Positions 10,060-18,970 of a DNA stretch of 64,000 bases are shown piece by piece. The stretch covers positions 21,005-85,004 of the forward strand of contig JBBCKI010000024.1 in the NCBI GenBank assembly GCA_037190965.1. Reading direction: 5' to 3'. A program made the translations under genes and the position numbers. Origin of the DNA: Chthoniobacteraceae bacterium. GTDB lineage: Bacteria > Verrucomicrobiota > Verrucomicrobiia > Chthoniobacterales > Chthoniobacteraceae. Each line of letters begins with the position of its first letter. Position 1 is the stretch's first letter. Under the pieces are notes generated by a model that saw only the letters and a program-made list of their open reading frames with translations, ran no database searches and was not told the DNA's origin.

Positions 10060-11102
10060 TGCTTAAACCAAAAAACATCTGGCTGCACCGCATCTCGCAT
10101 CATGCCGAAGTAGCTTATCCGCTAATCGATCGCGGTGTGCTTACGATAGGTTTTTCGGATTTTTGCACCCCTGACTTTCTTGCCAAAACGAGGGCGAAAG
10201 ATTGGGCTTACTTTGATAAAGCTTTCGCCACCGAATGGTCTGACAACCCGCGTCCGCGGACCCGCCACAATCTTGCACGCTTCATTGCCGGGATGGAAGT
10301 GGGTGATTGGGTCGTCGTCCCGTCGTGGGGTACCTTTTCGGTCTATCGCATTGAAAGTGATGCAAACTTGATAACAGGGCTGAATATTGAAGGTGTGAAG
10401 GCTTGGGGAGATCGCTCGCTAAGCAGCTCGGAAGCAGGCCTCCATATCGGTGAAAGTCATCTGGATTTGGGGTTTTATCGGCAAGTCTCTGCGGTCGAAA
10501 CAAACATTTCCCGCTATGATTTCGCGGACGGCGCGCTCACGGCACGAATGAAGATTCGTACAACCAACGCGGATATCACAGACCTCGCTGGCAGCGTTGA
10601 GAAGGCGATTGGAGCATTCCATGCGAAATGTCCGATCAATCTGCATTCCCAGATTCTTGATGTCTCGCGGGAAGCGGTTTTGAGGCTGATCCAAGAGCAA
10701 CTCAATCCAGACAAGTTCGAACGTCTCATCAAATGGTTTTTCGAGGGAGTCGGGGCCACCAATGTCGAGATTCCTGCCAAGAATGCCTCGGGTAAGGAAG
10801 GCGACGCAGACATCGTTGCCACGTTCGACCACATGCGGACTGTTTATTGTGTGCAGGCAAAGCTCCATTCAGGGGAGACAAACAGTTGGGCCGTACAGCA
10901 GATCAAGGATTTCAAGGCTCAGCAGGATCGAATGGATGACGGCTACACCAAAATTGGCTGGGTTGTCACCTCGGCGCCGTGCTTTTCAACCGAATGCGTT
11001 GAGCTTGCCAAGGAACATTCGATAGGGCTCTTTACCGGCACCGATCTCGCGCGAATGATATTGGAAGCAGGGATTAAAGACCTCGACAAAGCTTTCCTGT
11101 AG
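10056..11102 (+). CDS. Mrr-like restriction endonuclease (C-terminal Mrr_cat PD-(D/E)xK domain)
   Basis: PDKFERLIKWFFEGVG...EGDADIVA...VQAKLH...WVVTSAPCF catalytic signature; N-terminal putative modified-DNA-reading domain (MEVGDWVVVPS). Confidence 0.85.
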   Translation: MMLKPKNIWLHRISHHAEVAYPLIDRGVLTIGFSDFCTPDFLAKTRAKDWAYFDKAFATEWSDNPRPRTRHNLARFIAGMEVGDWVVVPSWGTFSVYRIESDANLITGLNIEGVKAWGDRSLSSSEAGLHIGESHLDLGFYRQVSAVETNISRYDFADGALTARMKIRTTNADITDLAGSVEKAIGAFHAKCPINLHSQILDVSREAVLRLIQEQLNPDKFERLIKWFFEGVGATNVEIPAKNASGKEGDADIVATFDHMRTVYCVQAKLHSGETNSWAVQQIKDFKAQQDRMDDGYTKIGWVVTSAPCFSTECVELAKEHSIGLFTGTDLARMILEAGIKDLDKAFL

Positions 11103-11158
11103 AGGGCCATGTGAAATGGATCGCCCGAAGAGCGATCAGTCTTCGGACCGAGAGGCAT

Positions 11159-12034
11159 TTACACCATGTCAGACCGTTGCAAACTCGCCGGGCTTTGACC
11201 AATTTGAGCCCGTAGCCAACGACAGAAATGGGCGGTATCCACGAATCCATAAGTCTCGGCCGCCTGCTTGACCATCAGGTGCTGTGTGGTGAGCGCGCGG
11301 CAGACGGCGGTGGTTAGCAACTCGTCACGGTAGGTGTGCAGGCTACGATGCAGATGTCTGCGGGCGAGGCGCTCCAGTTGGGTCCGGCCCAGCCCCGTCT
11401 GTTTCTGCCAGCGCGCGAAGGGAAGCGGCCCGGCGCGGAGATCGGAGTGAATGTCGCGGATTACCCGCTCGATCCGCGAATCCGTCGAGGGAAGAGTGTT
11501 GATGATCGCACCTTGGGTGACGGCGTAGGCAAAGAGCTTGCCGACAAACCGGTAGAGCGCTCCGGTCAGTTCCAGGGTTTGAGTCACTGACGGCGCGGGG
11601 CCGGGAGGGAAACTGGCTTCTTCTTTTGGAGTTTCGGTGATTTCCCCGGCAGTTTCAAGGAGGCCGGGGACGGTCTCCTTGGTGCCGAGGATCGGGCGGG
11701 AGTGGCGGAGGACTGGGAGGTGCTTCCGCCAATGGGCGAGGAAGTTGACGGAGATAATGCGGGTCTCATGCGAGAAGCGTTGCTCCCGCCAAAGACCGGA
11801 GGGAATCAACACCCACTGGCCGGCGGTGACTGAAAGCGCCTCATTGCGCGTGGTAACAGTGACGCTGCCGCTTTCGATCCACCACCAGGTGTGGCAAGGC
11901 CGGGCTCCCTGTGTATGCGTTCCCGAGGCTTTGACTTGTCCACGGTAAGCGATCACCGGGAGGACGGAAATGGGTTCTACATCCGGCCATCGGAGAGGCG
12001 GCGGGCTTGCCTGGGTGTTCTGAATTGCTGCCAC
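11159..12034 (-). CDS. AraC-family transcriptional regulator
   Basis: N-terminal cupin; C-terminal HTH VKQAAETYGFVDTAHFCRWLRAQIGQSP. Confidence 0.88.
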   Translation of the reverse strand: MAAIQNTQASPPPLRWPDVEPISVLPVIAYRGQVKASGTHTQGARPCHTWWWIESGSVTVTTRNEALSVTAGQWVLIPSGLWREQRFSHETRIISVNFLAHWRKHLPVLRHSRPILGTKETVPGLLETAGEITETPKEEASFPPGPAPSVTQTLELTGALYRFVGKLFAYAVTQGAIINTLPSTDSRIERVIRDIHSDLRAGPLPFARWQKQTGLGRTQLERLARRHLHRSLHTYRDELLTTAVCRALTTQHLMVKQAAETYGFVDTAHFCRWLRAQIGQSPASLQRSDMV

Positions 12035-12103
12035 GGCGAAAATATACCGTAACTGGTTTCTTTATACAGCAGTTTCCCGTGGGAAATAGACATTCCGGGG
12101 ACG

Positions 12104-14998
12104 ATGATATACCGCATGAAATTGCAGCAGATTCCTCTTATGCGTAGGGTGGATGTGGTTATATTCGGTGCGGGGACGGCGGCGGTATCCGCAGCGCGGG
12201 CCGCCCGCCAAGCGGGGAATGCGGTGCTCGTCCTGAGCGACCGCGCCTATCTAGGGGAGGAATCGGCGGGGGCGCTGGAGGTGATGGAGGAGACCAGGCA
12301 CGGAGAGTTTCCCGGCAGCGGCATTGAGCCCGGGCGGCCCGGAACGGTTAAGCATGCCCTGGAGATGGCTCTATTGGAGGCAGGCGTCGATTTCCTTTTC
12401 ATGGCTAGGCCGGTCGCGCTGCTGCCGGGCCAAGAGGGAGTGATTCACGTCGTCATTGCTTCGCGCACATCGCTGTTGGCGGTAAGCACTGGGCAGGTAC
12501 TCGATGCCTCCACGCATGGGTTGCTGCGATCGTTGCCGGGGGTGGAGCGTTTTACCGCGCGGCCCCGGCGTGCGTTGAAGCGGACGGCCGCTTCAGCCAT
12601 TCTGTTTGGTAACCTGGCGTGTCCGCCTAAGCTGGATGGCGTGAGGCTCACCCCAGTTGGGCGCACTATTTTATTCACGGACCGCGTCAAACGGGACCGC
12701 ATGGAAGTGCAGGCCTTCCGCGCGCAGTCGGAGGTGGAGCCCTGTGCGCTCACTCCTGAAGGCGCAAAGGCCGAGGCGGAATTTCGCGCTCGTCTTCTCC
12801 ATCCCGGCGTTGAACTGCTGGCTGACGCCGTTCGCTGGAAGTTGACGAATACCGCCGAGGAAAATGTCGGGCTTTACGACGATCCGCTGGTTCTGACCGC
12901 CGCGCAGTATGCCGTTCACCCGCAACTTTGGATCTGCGGACCGGAATTGCCATTGAGCGACGCAGGTCTGGCGACGCTTCATGATTCCGCCATCCTCGCC
13001 GCGCTGGGGCGGCGGCTGGCGGAATTGATGGCAGCGGAAGCACGGCGTCCGGGCGCTGTAAACGGAACCGAGCGGGACAAGGTCATGCCCGGGTTCGGCA
13101 AGATCCGCTTTGTGCCCTCCTTTCTCCGCGAAACAGTAGAGATGCTGGAGCTGGAACTGCCGGAGTTTCCTTTGCTGGATCAGTTCGATGTCGTCGTGGC
13201 AGGCGGTGGAACCGGCGGGGCTCCCGCAGGAATTGCCGCTGCTCGAAGCGGGAAAAGGACGCTGGTGCTGGAGCAGCAGCGGATGCTGGGCGGCGTCGGA
13301 ACGGCGGGGACAATCGGGAGCTATTGGTTTGGTAACAAGGTCGGCTTTACGGCGGAGGTGGATAGCTTCCTGCACTCCACGGATCCCACCTATGTTGACC
13401 CGGAGCGCAAGCGCCCGCTCGCGACTTGGAATACGGAATTGAAAGCGGCCTGGTACCTGAGCCAGCTTCAGGCAGCGGGGGGAGAAGTTTGGTTAGGCAG
13501 TTTTGCCTTCGGCGTCGAGATGGACGGGGATTTCGTGGTGGGCGTTCTGGTTTCGACGCCTTTCGGCGCGGGGCTGGTGCGGTGCCGGAGTGTTGTGGAT
13601 GCCTCGGGAAATGCTGACATCGCAGCAGCGGCCGGTGCGCCACTCCGCGTGATGGACGCCTTGCACAGCGCGGTGCAGGGGGCGGGGCTTTCGCCCCGGC
13701 GAGTGGGGGCGCATTATGTGAATACGGACTTCACCTTCATCGACGACAATGATCCGTACGGGATTACCTATGCTTACGTTCAGGCCCGGGCCAAATTTCC
13801 CGAAGAGTTTGATTCCACAACGATCCTGAACACCCGGGAAAGGAGGCAGATCATCGGGCGTATCGAGCTTTCGCCGCTCGATTTTCTAGCCGGGCGGACG
13901 TTCCCCGATGTCATCAATACGGCCAGCAGCAATTTCGATACGCATGGGTTCACGACTCACCCCGTTTTTGCGGTAGTGGCTCCGGATCATGCGCCCCTCT
14001 CCGCGAATGTTCCCTTGCGTTGCCTGATGCCGCAACGGGTAAGGGGGGTGATCGTGACGGGTCTTGGCATGAGTGCTCACCGCGACAGCCTGCCGGTAAT
14101 TCGTATGCAGGCGGATGTGCAGAACCAAGGCTACGCCGCCGGGCTGGCCGCGGCGATGGCGACGGATTGTGGCGGGGATTTTGATGCGGTCAACGTCCGG
14201 GTGCTCCAGAGGGAATTGGTCGCGCGGCAGGCGCTCGCCCCGGAGGCATTGGAGTGGGAAGACAGTTTCCCTTTGCCCCGGGAGGAGGTGGTCCGTTCCG
14301 CTGCCATTACGCCAGTCACGCTTTTTTCGGCCGCCATTCTTTTTGCGCACCCGGAGGAGAGCGTCCCTCTCCTGCGAGCCGCCATGCAGCAGCCCGCTTC
14401 AGACCTTCAATACGAGGAAGCCGCGCTGATGCTCGGACTGATGGCCGACGCCAGCGCTGCCTTTGGCCTTGCGGAGCTGATTGCGGCCCGGCCCTGGGAC
14501 GAGGGATGGAATTACCGGGGCATGGGGCAATTCGGCATGAGCGCGAGCCGCACTGATGCGCTTATCGTGGCCTTGGGACGGACGCGCTCGGTGGAGGCCA
14601 TCCCGGTGCTATTGGAAAAAATGGCGGCGCTTGGGAGTGATGCCGCTTTCTCTCACTGCCGAGCCGTGGCGCTGGCAGCGGGAAGCCTCGGAGCCTCGGA
14701 ATACGTTCCCGCTCTGCAGCGGCTCCTTTCTCTGCCGGGAATGCAGGGGCATGCCATCGTCTCCTTCGGCGATGGGGTGCAGGCGGCAAACGGTGACCCC
14801 GTGGAAACCGCCTCGCGCAACAATTCCCTGAGGGAGCTTTATCTAGCCAAGGGGCTTTACCTCTGCGGCGATTGCGACGGCACGGGCCGCCGTATCCTGG
14901 AAGGGTATAGCCGCGATCTGCGCGGTCCCTTCGCCCGCCATGCCCGGGCGGTTCTGAGTGCCTCAGATTTTGAGCTGCTGCGCCGTAAGAGCATTTAA
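12104..14998 (+). CDS. FAD-dependent oxidoreductase with two FAD_oxidored-type domains and a HEAT-like C-terminus
   Basis: Two Rossmann starts (VDVVIFGAGTAA; FDVVVAGGGTGGAPAG), VVDASGNAD, RERRQIIG, PLRCLMP, GYAAGLAAA; divergent from AraC. Confidence 0.85.
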   Translation: MIYRMKLQQIPLMRRVDVVIFGAGTAAVSAARAARQAGNAVLVLSDRAYLGEESAGALEVMEETRHGEFPGSGIEPGRPGTVKHALEMALLEAGVDFLFMARPVALLPGQEGVIHVVIASRTSLLAVSTGQVLDASTHGLLRSLPGVERFTARPRRALKRTAASAILFGNLACPPKLDGVRLTPVGRTILFTDRVKRDRMEVQAFRAQSEVEPCALTPEGAKAEAEFRARLLHPGVELLADAVRWKLTNTAEENVGLYDDPLVLTAAQYAVHPQLWICGPELPLSDAGLATLHDSAILAALGRRLAELMAAEARRPGAVNGTERDKVMPGFGKIRFVPSFLRETVEMLELELPEFPLLDQFDVVVAGGGTGGAPAGIAAARSGKRTLVLEQQRMLGGVGTAGTIGSYWFGNKVGFTAEVDSFLHSTDPTYVDPERKRPLATWNTELKAAWYLSQLQAAGGEVWLGSFAFGVEMDGDFVVGVLVSTPFGAGLVRCRSVVDASGNADIAAAAGAPLRVMDALHSAVQGAGLSPRRVGAHYVNTDFTFIDDNDPYGITYAYVQARAKFPEEFDSTTILNTRERRQIIGRIELSPLDFLAGRTFPDVINTASSNFDTHGFTTHPVFAVVAPDHAPLSANVPLRCLMPQRVRGVIVTGLGMSAHRDSLPVIRMQADVQNQGYAAGLAAAMATDCGGDFDAVNVRVLQRELVARQALAPEALEWEDSFPLPREEVVRSAAITPVTLFSAAILFAHPEESVPLLRAAMQQPASDLQYEEAALMLGLMADASAAFGLAELIAARPWDEGWNYRGMGQFGMSASRTDALIVALGRTRSVEAIPVLLEKMAALGSDAAFSHCRAVALAAGSLGASEYVPALQRLLSLPGMQGHAIVSFGDGVQAANGDPVETASRNNSLRELYLAKGLYLCGDCDGTGRRILEGYSRDLRGPFARHARAVLSASDFELLRRKSI

Positions 14999-15052
14999 TG
15001 CCGGGGAGGGGACTCGAACCCCTACTCCTTGCGGAACCAGATCCTAAGTCTG
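14999..15052 (-). pseudogene. Displaced 3' fragment of tRNA-Leu(TAG), distal att site of the integrated element
   Basis: Reverse complement CAGA-CTTAGGA-TCTGG-TTCCGCAAGGAGT-AGGGG-TTCGAGT-CCCCT-CCCCGGC-A; no D-arm or 5' acceptor strand. Confidence 0.93.
15032..15052. repeat. att core direct repeat, copy 1 (CGGAACCAGATCCTAAGTCTG, 21 bp)
   Basis: Identical to 23617-23637 inside the intact tRNA-Leu. Confidence 0.93.
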
Positions 15053-15273
15053 ATATGTATCAGCTGATTTTCAGTAGTTTACAGAAAATTCGAGACACGC
15101 TGACGTGTCTTGGCTTGTGCGCAAAACTTGAATTTTTGAGGGAGAGGGGGAAACGTAAGTCTTCTTAAGGTGAGGTGAACAGCTTTCGCCACTTCGAAAG
15201 GTTTTAGTCACTCAAGAATTTAGCTCAGAGGTCTGATGGAGATTGGCGAAGCAACTCTCAGTCGCGGGTGCGC

Positions 15274-15302
15274 TTGACATTGTATAAACACTCCTTCACG
15301 AT
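15274..15302 (+). promoter_or_regulatory. Sigma70-like promoter TTGACA-N17-CACGAT for the NDT-like gene
   Basis: Consensus -35 box, 17-bp spacer and near-consensus -10 box, about 20 bp before ATG 15322. Confidence 0.55.
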
Positions 15303-15321
15303 CAAACGACTTTTTACAAAT

Positions 15322-16146
15322 ATGTCGAAGAAACTTTGTTTTATCATATCCCCCATTGGCGAAGAAGGGTCAGAAGTTCGGAAGCGTGCCGACCAAGTTC
15401 TGAGGCATGTGTTAGCGCCAGCGGTTAATGGCTGTGGCTACGAACCAGTTCGTGCTGATACGATTGCGGAGCCCGGCTTGATTACAAGTCAGATTATCCA
15501 GCACATTGTTGACGATCCCCTCGTCATTGCAGATTTAACCGGGATGAATCCTAACGTCTTCTATGAACTTGCTATCCGGCATGCTATTCGCAGACCGCTG
15601 GTTCAGGTAATTCAGAAAGGCGAAAAAATTCCCTTTGACGTTGCAGGAATGAGGACGATCCCGGTTGATCATCGGGATCTGGACAGCGTCGAAGAAGCAA
15701 AAGGTGAAATTCAAAAACAGATTAAGGCTGTCGAGAGTAAAAAGCCCGCCGATATCGATTCTCCTATCTCAGTATCCGTTGAGATCCAAAGCTTACGGCA
15801 AAGCGAAAACCCGGAGAAGAGATCATTAGCGGAATTCGTTTCGGCAGTTGCCGATTTACGGTCAGATATTGCCGCAATTGAGAAGCGCATCTCCAGCCCT
15901 GAACGGATACTCCCGGTCGAATATCTTCGCGAGGTGATGCCGATGCTTCGACGAAGGTCAAGGGATAGTGAGATGATTTATAGAGAGCTTACGTCCTACG
16001 CTCGGGAGATGATTGAAGCAATACCAGAAAAGCAACGAGAGGCAGTCAAACCGGCTTTTCTGAGATTCGACAAATTGCTTTGTATGTTGCGCGATGAATC
16101 TTCAGGCTATGAGACAGGAGGGGGGGGGCGAAGCATTTTCGGGTAA
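15322..16146 (+). CDS. Nucleoside 2-deoxyribosyltransferase-like (TIR-related flavodoxin-fold) protein with helical C-terminus; putative defence effector
   Basis: CFIISPIG...VRAD...PGLITSQII..I...LVIADLTGMNPNVFYELAIRHA...IPFDV..MRTI signature; ATG at 15322 preferred over GTG at 15268. Confidence 0.8.
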   Translation: MSKKLCFIISPIGEEGSEVRKRADQVLRHVLAPAVNGCGYEPVRADTIAEPGLITSQIIQHIVDDPLVIADLTGMNPNVFYELAIRHAIRRPLVQVIQKGEKIPFDVAGMRTIPVDHRDLDSVEEAKGEIQKQIKAVESKKPADIDSPISVSVEIQSLRQSENPEKRSLAEFVSAVADLRSDIAAIEKRISSPERILPVEYLREVMPMLRRRSRDSEMIYRELTSYAREMIEAIPEKQREAVKPAFLRFDKLLCMLRDESSGYETGGGGRSIFG

Positions 16147-16210
16147 TTCTGTCTTCGGACCTTCCTCGGATGGATATTCAGAGTTGGAGCGAATCAGTTC
16201 ATTTAGGCTC

Positions 16211-16855
16211 TCATGCAGCCAATGCTTTCTTGACTCTCTGCACGGTGGATATACCAGTTCCCGTAATCTTAGCCGTATGCCGGATTGATTGCCCTGCTTT
16301 CAATTGGCGCACAATGTCTTTGTGATTTTGCAGGAAGGTATTTCGCTCAAGTTTTGAACCTTTGGGGCGACCAAGTTTCACACCCTTGCGTCGCGCCTCT
16401 GCTAACCCGGAGTTTATCCTTTCCCGGAGAATTTCCACCTCGCTTCGAGCCATTTCAGCGAGGAGGGCAAGCATTACTCCGGCTGCTGGGTTTCTCCTTC
16501 CGTTAGGCAGAAGGGTTTCAATGCCTTGGGCGTGCCAGTAAAGGGACACGCCGCATTCCTCAAGAATCTCGACGAATCGGTGAGTGGTGCTGTTCTTGCG
16601 TGAAAGACGCGAAACTTCGTGGACGAGAATCTTTTTGATCTTTCCAGAAGAAGCAAGCTCTTCAGCGCGCCTCAGCCCGTGGCGGTCTGATTCATCCGCT
16701 CGACCAGAAATAACCTCGCGGCAAATCTCAACAACCTCGTATCCCTTTCGAGTAGCATATTCCCGCAGTTCGGAAATTTGACGGTCGGTTTCCTGTTTAA
16801 CGGTCGAAACCCTGACCAAGATTGCAACGGGAACGCTGGGGTGGCTCTTTTCCAT
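16211..16855 (-). CDS. Serine recombinase (resolvase/invertase) with C-terminal HTH
   Basis: VRVSTVKQ catalytic Ser motif, EVSRLSR, ERINSGLAEARRKGVKLGRP, HTH SIRHTAKITGTGISTVQRV. Confidence 0.93.
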   Translation of the reverse strand: MEKSHPSVPVAILVRVSTVKQETDRQISELREYATRKGYEVVEICREVISGRADESDRHGLRRAEELASSGKIKKILVHEVSRLSRKNSTTHRFVEILEECGVSLYWHAQGIETLLPNGRRNPAAGVMLALLAEMARSEVEILRERINSGLAEARRKGVKLGRPKGSKLERNTFLQNHKDIVRQLKAGQSIRHTAKITGTGISTVQRVKKALAA

Positions 16856-16874
16856 GCCTTCAGAAATGGAGGGA

Positions 16875-16987
16875 TGTATTCGAAAAATCAACTGTTTTCG
16901 TGAATACACTTATTCAGCCATTTCCTGCCAACCGGCTCTCTGTCCGTTCTGAGAAAAATCGGTGAATGTTTTTTTGAACACACTTAT
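16875..16987. promoter_or_regulatory. Candidate res site upstream of the resolvase
   Basis: Direct repeats TGAATACACTTAT (16901-16913) and TGAACACACTTAT (16975-16987); TGTATTC at 16875 is an inverted partner of GAATACA. Confidence 0.55.
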
Positions 16988-17059
16988 CGTTCTTTCATTG
17001 CAAGTTAGTCCGTGAATGACGATCCCCCCAGAATCAGATTGATCCCATTGCTGAGGAGT

Positions 17060-17702
17060 CTACCTCGCCGGAGTAGTCTTTGCTCGACGCTGGCAATCGG
17101 CACAAAACCCGGCTGATTCTGAATCGAGCAGTTCAAGGGAATCCTTCGTTTCGTCTGCCGTCATACAGCACCGGGACGCGATCCTCATAGGCGTGATGAT
17201 TCAAGTTGAGCGTATGCCCGATTTCATCGCGATTTTCACCGCTCGTTCAATCAACAATTCCGAATCTGGCGTATCCTGAGAAAGGGGATGTAGGCTTATG
17301 GTCGCCGCTGGTAGTCCGAGGTAGGCGTAACCAAACAAGAAATTGTAGCGCCGACTCGGGACGATGTTTTGCGCCGTCATGCCCAAGTTGACGAAGGTTC
17401 CTTTACGGTGTCGCCTGTAGACTTGAGCAAGGAAGACGCCAGCGGAAAGCCCCTTCCATTCTGAACGTGAAGAGGCGCGTTCGTCCAAATAGGTCGGTTG
17501 AATAACGACAGCCCCACCCAAAGGCTTCTCTGAGTCCAACGCATATCGGACCCAAGATCCCATCTTCAATGTCTCCCAGCCGCCAAATTGCAATTCCTTC
17601 GCGTGCCTCGTGAACAAGCGGTTGGTGGCACTGTGGACAGGTTAACTCGTGGATTCCCACGTAGAGACTACAGAACTGGCAGATGTTAGAGTCTCGTCGC
17701 AT
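17060..17702 (-). pseudogene. Archaemetzincin (peptidase M54)-like zinc protease with N-terminal CxxC-CxxC ribbon, broken by three frameshifts
   Basis: Segments in successive frames: CQFC..CPQC..IAIWRLGDIEDGILGPICVGLREAFG / GAVVIQP...LGMTAQNI...NFLFGYA...ATISLHPL...LIERAVKIA / EIGHTLNLNHH / RCCMTAD...SLELLDSESAGFCADCQRR*. Confidence 0.75.
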
Positions 17703-17703
17703 C

Positions 17704-18315
17704 CTACCGACGTGCTTGCGCCTCTTGCTGCACTCTGGTTTTACTCGTGCCGGTTGGAAGCTCGTACTTCAACCGGATAAGCCGTTTGTCCGTCTCGGTA
17801 GGCTGCTCAGGAAAAGGTATGACCCAAAATGAATCGTGGTCTAGTCGCGTCCGTTCCTCCCGGTCCTCTGGAAAGCCGAGACTCCAAAGCAAAAGGTAGG
17901 GAGCAATAGCCGGGTTGGTAAATCCTTCTTCACTGTAAATGGGATACCAGACCTCAGCACGGGTGATCGCTTTATTCTGGATTTTCAGTTTCGCTCCTAC
18001 CGTCACGCCGTTCCCATCGCCGTTTGCCCGGCTACCCCTTACAACGATGTCTGCTTTCTCATTCCCGTCTTCGATCAGTTTGATCTGAACAGGGAGTCCT
18101 TTCAGGGTCTCGTTAATTCCCTCCACTGCTTCTGCAATTATCGCCCGGTTGGCTCCAAATTCTCCGATGATAGAAAGAGTGGGGGATTTCTCAAACCGAA
18201 TGGATTCGCCCCGCTTTCCACACAAGACATATGTCGCAAGCTTAGGATCGATTGCTTGTACGTCCAAGGAGGACCAAACGAGGGTCGCGGCGAGAATCAA
18301 AAATGTCTTTTTCAT
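17704..18315 (-). CDS. Secreted hypothetical protein, DUF2927/zincin-like, paralog B
   Basis: Signal peptide MKKTFLILAATLVWSSLDVQA; ATGA overlap with paralog A; shares RFEKSPT.SI.G, GLPVQI, KADIV, PTE.DK..IR.KYE.P.GT with paralog A. Confidence 0.75.
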   Translation of the reverse strand: MKKTFLILAATLVWSSLDVQAIDPKLATYVLCGKRGESIRFEKSPTLSIIGEFGANRAIIAEAVEGINETLKGLPVQIKLIEDGNEKADIVVRGSRANGDGNGVTVGAKLKIQNKAITRAEVWYPIYSEEGFTNPAIAPYLLLWSLGFPEDREERTRLDHDSFWVIPFPEQPTETDKRLIRLKYELPTGTSKTRVQQEAQARR

Positions 18316-18944
18316 TTGAGCGTCTTTTTTGCGAGTTCCCGAACTTTCCATTTGTCGGTTCCAGACGGGATCTCGTACTTGAAGCGGATCGCCTGTTTGT
18401 CGATTTCGGTCGGTGTCATGGGAAGGCGTTCGCCGATATAAGACGAAACACTCCACATGGAATCTTTGCGGATCTTTTCGCCCACATTCGCAAACCCCAT
18501 CGCATTCATGATTTTATGATATGCACCTCGTTTATCGGGTTCTCCAAGAGTCCATTCTGGTAGCCAGTTCGAAATGATCGTTGCCTTAAAAATGTACCCG
18601 TTCTTATACTCTCGATCCACGTCAAAAGCTTTGCTTAACTCAGCCTGCGTGATTGGTTTCGTGTTGTAGACGATATCAGCCTTCTTGTCGTTATCGGCGA
18701 CAACAATGATCTGAACGGGAAGCCCTTCCCAGACGGCATTGAGTTCAGAGACGACCTCCAGAATCATTTTTCGATAAACACCGGGGTCTCCGACGATTGA
18801 GAAGGTTGGGGATTTCTCAAATCGAAAGGACTTTTGTCCTTGGCAGATGATCTCCGCTATAAACTTATCGTCGAGCTTTTCTTGCGCACAGGCGAGTGTT
18901 GACGCGCAGATTGAGAGAACGGCTGCCAGTAGCTTGATTTTCAT
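18312..18944 (-). CDS. Secreted hypothetical protein, DUF2927/zincin-like, paralog A
   Basis: Signal peptide MKIKLLAAVLSICASTLACA; clear similarity to the neighbouring paralog. Confidence 0.75.
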   Translation of the reverse strand: MKIKLLAAVLSICASTLACAQEKLDDKFIAEIICQGQKSFRFEKSPTFSIVGDPGVYRKMILEVVSELNAVWEGLPVQIIVVADNDKKADIVYNTKPITQAELSKAFDVDREYKNGYIFKATIISNWLPEWTLGEPDKRGAYHKIMNAMGFANVGEKIRKDSMWSVSSYIGERLPMTPTEIDKQAIRFKYEIPSGTDKWKVRELAKKTLK

Positions 18945-18970
18945 TGTTCTGTAAAAGTTATCCTTCAAAA

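Noticed and set aside
16110..16118. G9 tract as a phase-variation switch
   Set aside because: It lies in the last ten codons of the ORF, so slippage would only alter the tail; it may be a homopolymer error
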